From the NCBI GenBank assembly GCA_964016885.1, contig OZ024740.1, positions 88,164,001 to 88,228,000 of the forward strand: DNA of 64,000 bases. The letters run 5' to 3'. Of this stretch, positions 55,801 to 64,000 are shown piece by piece. The DNA is from Eledone cirrhosa (lineage: Eukaryota). How positions within the stretch are numbered: position 1 is the stretch's first letter; each line of letters begins with the position of its first letter. The position numbers and the translations under genes are program-made. The notes under the pieces are model-generated. The model had not been told where the DNA came from. It saw only the letters and a list, made by a program, of their open reading frames with translations, and searched no databases.

Positions 55801-58800
55801 ATGGCATGTTGTGGTAGAAGTATGACAGTAACAACAACAACACTGACACAGCAACATGTTGTGGTAGAGATAACGGTGTCAGTAACACCAGTAATACAAT
55901 GGCATGTTGTGGTAGAAGTATGACAGTAACAACAACACTGACACAGCAACATGTTGTGGTAGAGATAACGGTGTCAGTAACACCAGTAATACAATGACAT
56001 GTTGTGGTAGAAGTATGACAGTAACAACAACAGGACTGACACAGCAACATGTTGTGGTAGAGATAACGGTGTCAGTAACACCAGTAATACAATGACATGT
56101 TGTGGTAGAAGTATGACAGTAACAACAACAACACTGACACAGCAACATGCTGTGGTAGAGATTACAGTGTCAGTAACACCAGTAATACAATGACATGTTG
56201 TGGTAGAAGTATGACAGTAACAACAACACTGACACAGCAACATGCTGTGGTAGAGATAACAGTGTCAGTAACACCAGTAATACAATGACATGTTGTGGTA
56301 GAAGTATGACAGTAACAACAACACTGACACAGCAACATGCTGTGGTAGAGATAATAGTGTCAGTAACACCAGTAATACAATGACATGTTGTGGTAGAAGT
56401 ATGACAGTAACAACAACACTGACACAGCAACATGCTGTGGTAGAGATTACAGTGTCAGTAACACCAGTAATACAATGACATGTTGTGGTAGAAGTATGAC
56501 AGTAACAACAACAACACTGACACAGGAACATGCTGTGGTAGAGATAATAGTGTCAGTAACACCAGTAATACAATGACATGTTGTGGTAGAAGTATGACAG
56601 TAACAACAACACTGACACAGCAACATGCTGTGGTAGAAGTAACAGTGGCAGTAACACCAGTAATACAATGACATGTTGTGGTAGAAGTATGACAGTAACA
56701 ACAACAACACTGACACAGCAACATGCTGTGGTAGAGATAATAGTGTCAGTAACACCAGTAATACAATGACATGCTGTGGTAGAAGTATGACAGTAACAAC
56801 AACACTGACACAGCAACATGCTGTGGTAGAAGTAACAGTGGCAGTAACACCAGTAATACAATGACATGTTGTGGTAGAAGTATGACAGTAACAACAACAA
56901 CACTGACACAGCAACATGTTGTGGTAGAGATAACGGTGTCAGTAACACCAGTAATACAATGACATGTTGTGGTAGAAGTATGACAGTAACAACAACAACA
57001 CTGACACAGCAACATGCTGTGGTAGAGATAACGGTGTCAGTAACACCAGTAATACAATGACATGTTGTGGTAGAAGTATGACAGTAACAATAACAACACT
57101 GACACAGCAACATGCTGTGGTAGAGATGACGGTGTCACTAACACCAGTAATACAATGACATGTTGTGGTAGAAGTATGACAGTAACAACAACACTGACAC
57201 AGCAACATGTTGCGGTAGAGATAAGTGTCAGTAACACCAGTAATACAATGACATATTGTGGTAGAAGTATGACAGTAACAACAACAACACTGACACAGCA
57301 ACATGTTGTGGTAGAGATAACAGTGTCAGTAACACCAGTAACACAATGACATGTTGTGTTAGAAGTATGACAGTAACAACAACAACACTGACACAGCAAC
57401 ATGTTGTGGTAGAGATTACAGTGTCAGTAACACCAGTAACACAATGACATGTTGTGTTAGAAGTATGACAGTAACAACAACAACACTGACACAGCAACAT
57501 GTTGTGGTAGAGATAACAGTGTCAGTAACACCAGTAACACAATGACATGTTGTGTTAGAAGTATGACTGTAACAACAACAACACTGACACAGCAACATGT
57601 TGTGGTAGACATTACAGTGTCAGTAACACCAGTAACACAATGACATGTTGTGTTAGAAGTATGACAGTAACAACAACAACACTGACACAGCAACATGTTG
57701 TGGTAGAGATAACAGTGTCAGTAACACCAGTAACACAATGACATGTTGTGTTAGAAGTATGACAGTAACAAGAACAACACTGACACAGCAACATGCTGTG
57801 GTAGAGATAACAGTGTCAGTAACACCAGTAACACAATGACATGTTGTGTTAGAAGTATGACACTAATAACAACAACACTGACACAACAACATGCTGTGGT
57901 AGCGATAACAGTGTCAGTAACACCAGTAACACAATGACATGTTGTGGTAGAAGTATGACAGTAACAACAACACTCACACAGCAACATGCTGTGGTAGAAA
58001 TAACGGTGTCAGTAACACCAGTAATACAATGACATGTTGTGGTAGAAGTATGACTGTAACAACAACACTCACACAGCAACATGCTGTGGTAGAAATAACG
58101 GTGTCAGTAACACCAGTAATACAATGACATGTTGTGGTAGAAGTATGACAGTAACAGCAACAACACTGACACAGCAACATGTTGTGGTAGAGATAACAGT
58201 GTCAGTAACACCAGTAATACAATGACAGGTTGTGGTAGAAGTATGACAGTAACAACAACAACACTGACACAGCAACATGTTGTGGTAGAGATAACGGTGT
58301 CAGTAACACCAGTAATACAATGGCATGTTGTGGTAGAAGTATGACAGTAACAACAACACTGACACAGCAACATGTTGTGGTAGAGATAACGGTGTCAGTA
58401 ACACCAGTAATACAATGACATGTTGTGGTAGAAGTATGACAGTAACAACAACAACACTGACACAGCAACATGTGGTAGAAATAACGGTGTCAGTAACACC
58501 AGTAATACAATGACATGTTGTGGTAGAAGTATGACAGTAACAACAACACTGACACAGCAACATGCTGTGGTAGAAATAACAGTGGCAGTAACACCAGTAA
58601 TACAATGACATGTTGTGGTAGAAGTATGACAGTAACAAGAAGAACACTGACACAGCAACATGTTGTGGTAGAGATAACAGTGTCAGTAACACCAGTAATA
58701 CAATGATATGTTGTGGTAGAAGTATGACAGTAACAACAACACTGACACAGCAACATGTTGTGGTAGAGATAACAGTGTCAGTAACACCAGTAATACAATG

Positions 58801-60350
58801 ACATGTTGTGGTAGAAGTATGACAGTAACAATAACAACACTGACACAGCAACATGCTGTGGTAGAGATGACGGTGTGAGTAACACCAGTAATACAATGAC
58901 ATGTTTAACACCAGTAATACAATGACATGTTGTGGTAGAATTATGACAGTAACAACAACAACACTGACACAGCAACATGTTGTGGTAGAGATAACAGTGT
59001 CAGTAACACCAGTAATACAATGACATGTTGTGGTAGAAGTATGACAGTAACAACAACAACACTGACACAGAAACATGCTGTGGTAGAGATGACGGTGTCA
59101 GTAACACCAGTAATACAATGACAGGTTGTGGTAGAAGTATGACAGTAACAACAACAACACTGACACAGCAACATGTTGTGGTAGAGATTACAGTGTCAGT
59201 AACACCAGTATTACAATGACATGTTGTGGTAGAAGTATGACAGTAACAACAACAACACTGACACAGCAACATGTTGTGGTAGAGATTACAGTGTCAGTAA
59301 CACCAGTAATACAATGACATGTTGTGGTAGAAGTATGACAGTAACAACAACAACACTGACACAGCAACATGTTGCGGTAGAGATAACAGTGTCAGTAACA
59401 CCAGTAATACGATGACATGTTGTGGTAGAAGTATGACAGTAACAACAACACTGACACAGCAACAGGCTGTGGTAGAGATTACAGTGTCAGTAATACCAGT
59501 AATACAATGACATGTTGTGGTAGAAGTATGACAGTAACAACAACAACACTGACACAGCAACATGCTGTGGTAGAGATAACGGTGTCAGTAACACCAGTAA
59601 TACAATGGCATGTTGTGGTAGAAGTATGACAGTAACAACAACAACACTGACACAGCAACATGTTGTGGTAGAGATAACGGTGTCAGTAACACCAGTAATA
59701 CAATGGCATGTTGTGGTAGAAGTATGACAGTAACAACAACAACACTGACACAGCAACATGTTGTGGTAGAGATAACGGTGTCAGTAACACCAGTAATACA
59801 ATGGCATGTTGTGGTAGAAGTATGACAGTAACAACAACACTGACACAGCAACATGTTGTGGTAGAGATAACGGTGTCAGTAACACCAGTAATACAATGAC
59901 ATGTTGTGGTAGAAGTATGACAGTAACAACAACAGGACTGACACAGCAACATGTTGTGGTAGAGATAACGGTGTCAGTAACACCAGTAATACAATGACAT
60001 GTTGTGGTAGAAGTATGACAGTAACAACAACAACACTGACACAGCAACATGCTGTGGTAGAGATTACAGTGTCAGTAACACCAGTAATACAATGACATGT
60101 TGTGGTAGAAGTATGACAGTAACAACAACACTGACACAGCAACATGCTGTGGTAGAGATAACAGTGTCAGTAACACCAGTAATACAATGACATGTTGTGG
60201 TAGAAGTATGACAGTAACAACAACACTGACACAGCAACATGCTGTGGTAGAGATAATAGTGTCAGTAACACCAGTAATACAATGACATGTTGTGGTAGAA
60301 GTATGACAGTAACAACAACACTGACACAGCAACATGCTGTGGTAGAGATT
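52815..60350. repeat. Higher-order duplication, period 4101-3902 bp
   Basis: Offsets 4101 (52838/56939 to 53968/58069), 4098, 4095, then 3902 (55577/59479 to 56170/60072). Shared markers: AAGAAGAAC, TGACAGGTT and the 26-bp duplication. Confidence 0.87.
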
Positions 60351-63300
60351 ACAGTGTCAGTAACACCAGTAATACAATGACATGTTGTGTTAGAAGTATG
60401 ACAGTAACAACAACAACACTGACACAGCAACATGCTGTGGTAGAAGTAACAGTGGCAGTAACACCAGTAATACAATGACATGTTGTGGTAGAAGTATGAC
60501 AGTAACAACAACAACACTGACACAGCAACATGCTTTGGTAGAGATAATAGTGTCAGTAACACCAGTAATACAATGACATGTTGTGGTAGAAGTGTGACAG
60601 TAACAACAACACTGACACAGCAACATGTTGTGGTAGAGATTACAGTGTCAATAACACCAGTAATACAATGACATGTTGTGGTAGAAGTATGACAGTAACA
60701 ACAACAACACTGACACAGCAACATGTTGTGGTAGAGATTACAGTGTCAGTAACACCAGTAATACAATGACATGTTGTGGTAGAAGTATGACAGTAACAAC
60801 AACAACACTGACACAGCAACATGCTGTGGTAGAGATTACAGTGTCAGTAACACCAGTAATACAATGACATGTTGTGGTAGAAGTATGACAGTAACAACAA
60901 CAACAACACTGACACAGCAACATGTTGTGGTAGAGATAACAGTGTCAGTAGCACCAGTAATACAATGACATGTTGTGGTAGAAGTATGACAGTAACAACA
61001 ACAACACTGGCACAACAACATGTTGTGGTAGAGACAACAGAGTCAGTAACACCAGTAATACAATGACATGTTGTGGTAGAAGTATGACAGTAACAACAAC
61101 AACACTGACACAGCAACAGGCTGTGGTAGAGATAATAGTGTCAGTAACACCAGTAATACAATGACATGTTGTGGTAGAAGTATGACAGTAACAACAACAC
61201 TGACACAGCAACATGCTGTGGTAGAGATAACAGTGTCAGTAACACCAGTAATACAATGACATGTTGTGGTAGAAGTATGACAGTAACAACAACACTGACA
61301 CAGCAACATGCTGTGGTAGAGATAACAGTGTCAGTAACACCAGTAATACAATGACATGTTGTGGTAGAAGTATGATAGTAACAACAACACTGACACAGCA
61401 ACATGTTGTGGTAGAGATTACAGTGTCAATAACACCAGTAATACAATGACATGTTGTGGTAGAAGTATGACAGTAACAACAACAACACTGACACAGCAAC
61501 ATGTGGTAGAGATTACAGTGCCAGTAACACCAGTAATACAATGACATGCTGTGGTAGAAGTTTGACAGTAACAACAACAACACTGACACAGCAACATGCT
61601 GTGCTAGAGATAACAGTGGCAGTAACACCAGTAATACAATGACATGTTGTGGTAGAAGTATGACAGTAACAACAACAACACTGACACAGCAACATGTGGT
61701 AGAGATAACTGTGTCAGTAACACCAGTAATACAATGACATGTTGTGGTAGAAGTATGACAGTAACAACAACACTGACACAGCAACATGCTGTGGTAGAGA
61801 TTACAGTGTCAGTAACACCAGTAATACAATGACATGTTGTGGTAGAAGTATGATAGTAACAACAACACTGACACAGCAACATGCTGTGGTAGAGATAGCA
61901 GTGTCAGTAACACCAGTAATACAATGACATGTTGTGGTAGAAGTATGACAGTAACAACAACAACAACACTGACACAGCAACATGCTGTGGTAGAGATAAT
62001 AGTGTCAGTAACACCAGTAATACAATGACATGTTGTGGTAGAAGTATGACAGTAACAACAACAACACTGACACAGCAACATGTTGTGGTAGAGATAACGA
62101 TGTCAGTAGCACCAGTAATACAATGACATGTTGTGGTAGAAGTATGACAGTAACAACAACAACACTGACACAACAACATGTTGTGGTAGAGATAACAGAG
62201 TCAGTAACACCAGTAATACAATGACATGTTGTGGTAGAAGTATGACAGTAACAGCAACACTGACACAGCAACATGCTGTAGTAGAGATTACAGTGTCAGT
62301 AACACCAGTAAAACAATGACATGTTGTGGTAGAAGTATGACAGTAACAAGAACAACACTGACACAGCACCATGTTGTGGTAGAGATAACAGTGTCAGTAA
62401 CACCAGTAATACAATGATATGTTGTGGTAGAAGTATGACAGTAACAACAACACTGACACAGCATCATGTTGTGGTAGAGATAACAGTGTCAGTAACACCA
62501 GTAATACAATGACATGTTGTGGTAGAAGTATGACAGTAACAATAACAACACTGACACAGCAACATGCTGTGGTAGAGATGACGGTGTCCGTAACACCAGT
62601 AATACAATGACATGTTGTGGTAGAAGTATGACAGTAACAACAACACTGACACAGCAACATGTTGCGGTAGAGATAAGAGTGTCAGTAACACCAGTAATAC
62701 AATGACATGTTGTGGTAGAAGTATGACAGTAACAACAACAACACTGACACAGCAACATGTTGTGGTAGAGATAACAGTGTCAGTAACACCAGTAATACAA
62801 TGACATGTTGTGGTAGAAGTATGACAGTAACAACAACAACACTGACACAGCAACGTGTTGTGGTAGAGATTACAGTGTCAGTAACACCAGTAATACAATG
62901 ACATGTTGTGGTAGAAGTATGACATTAACAACAACAACACTGACACAGCAACATGTTGTGGTAGAGATGACAGTGTCAGTAACACCAGTAATACAATGAC
63001 ATGTTGTGGTAGAAGTATGACAGTAACAACAACAACACTGACACATCAACATGTTGCGGTAGAGATAACAGTGTCAGTAACACCAGTAATACAATGACAT
63101 GTTGTGGTAGAAGTATGACAGTAACAACAACACTGACACAGCAACAGGCTGTGGTAGAGATTACAGTGTCAGTAACACCAGTAATACAATGACATGTTGT
63201 GGTAGAAGTATGACATTAACAACAACAACACTGACACAGCAACATGCTGTGGTAGAGATAACGGTGTCAGTAACACCAGTAATACAATGGCATGTTGTGG

Positions 63301-64000
63301 TAGAAATATGACAGTAACAACAACAACACTGACACAGCAACATGTTGTGGTAGAGATAACGGTGTCAGTAACACCAGTAATACAATGGCATGTTGTGGTA
63401 GAAATATGACAGTAACAACAACAACACTGACACAGCAACATGTTGTGGTAGAGATAACGGTGTCAGTAACACCAGTAATACAATGGCATGTTGTGGTAGA
63501 AGTATGACAGTAACAACAACAACACTGACACAGCAACATGTTGTGGTAGAGATAACGGTGTCAGTAACACCAGTAATACAATGGCATGTTGTGGTAGAAG
63601 TATGACAGTAACAACAACACTGACACAGCAACATGTTGTGGTAGAGATAACGGTGTCAGTAACACCAGTAATACAATGACATGTTGTGGTAGAAGTACGA
63701 CAGTAACAACAACAACACTGACACAGCAACATGTTGTGGTAGAGATTACAGTGTCAGTAACACCAGTAATACAATGACATGTTGTGGTAGAAGTATGACA
63801 GTAACAACAACAGGACTGACACAGCAACATGTTGTGGTAGAGATAACGGTGTCAGTAACACCAGTAATACAATGACATGTTGTGGTAGAAGTATGACAGT
63901 AACAACAACAACACTGACACAGCAACATGCTGTGGTAGAGATTACAGTGTCAGTAACACCAGTAATACAATGACATGTTGTGGTAGAAGTATGACAGTAA

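Larger units (their letters stand above)
1..64000. repeat. Tandem satellite array, ~98-bp monomer (mostly 98 and 95 bp; also 89, 92, 94, 96, 99, 101, 124 bp), ~660 copies, head-to-tail, running off both window ends
   Basis: The same unit recurs without interruption from base 1 to 64000. Minus-strand ORF starts in the track step by 98 or 95 bp. No unique sequence and no inverted monomers were seen. Confidence 0.99.

Noticed and set aside
50-63928. Hundreds of Cys-rich or hydrophobic minus-strand ORFs (metallothionein-, toxin- or membrane-peptide-like)
   Set aside because: They overlap in all three frames, are translations of the same 98-bp unit, and their ends depend on random variants. There is no promoter, intergenic DNA or codon-position bias.
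1-64000. CRISPR-like layout (15-bp repeat with 33/35-bp spacers)
   Set aside because: The spacers are two alternating near-invariant sequences rather than unique ones, the repeat is too short, and there is no leader or cas gene.
1-64000. Rolling-circle or sequencing concatemer artefact, or synthetic DNA
   Set aside because: Variants are heritable and hierarchically shared between distant blocks, which fits natural array evolution and not random error. Individual perfect duplications could still be mis-assemblies.
1-64000. tRNA, 5S, spliced-leader RNA or hammerhead-ribozyme tandem array
   Set aside because: I see no Pol III A/B boxes, cloverleaf, Sm site or hammerhead core (CTGANGA...GAAA) on either strand. 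An Rfam/Infernal scan would confirm this.

Overview
The whole 64-kb window is one uninterrupted, single-orientation tandem array of about 660 copies of a ~98-bp monomer. Consensus: ACATGTTGTGGTAGA-GATAACAGTGTCAGTAACACCAGTAATACAATG-ACATGTTGTGGTAGA-AGTATGACAGTAACAACAACAACACTGACACAGCA (~39% GC, A-rich on +, no CpG). It looks like eukaryotic satellite DNA, but I cannot assign an organism or a known family. I find no credible gene, RNA gene, transposon or CRISPR system, and the ORF track is a by-product of the repeat. The structure lies inside the array. (1) The monomer is a diverged dimer (48+50 bp) sharing a 15-bp head. (2) It contains three overlapping inverted-repeat elements, and several of the commonest variants convert mismatches or G.T pairs in those stems into Watson-Crick pairs, which is the most interesting signal here. 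(3) Diagnostic variants reveal nested higher-order duplications (about 1.46, 1.55, 3.6-3.8, 3.97, 4.1 and 4.7-4.9 kb) on top of a ~9.2-9.6 kb cycle. Offsets were read by eye from the sequence and ORF track, so block boundaries are approximate.
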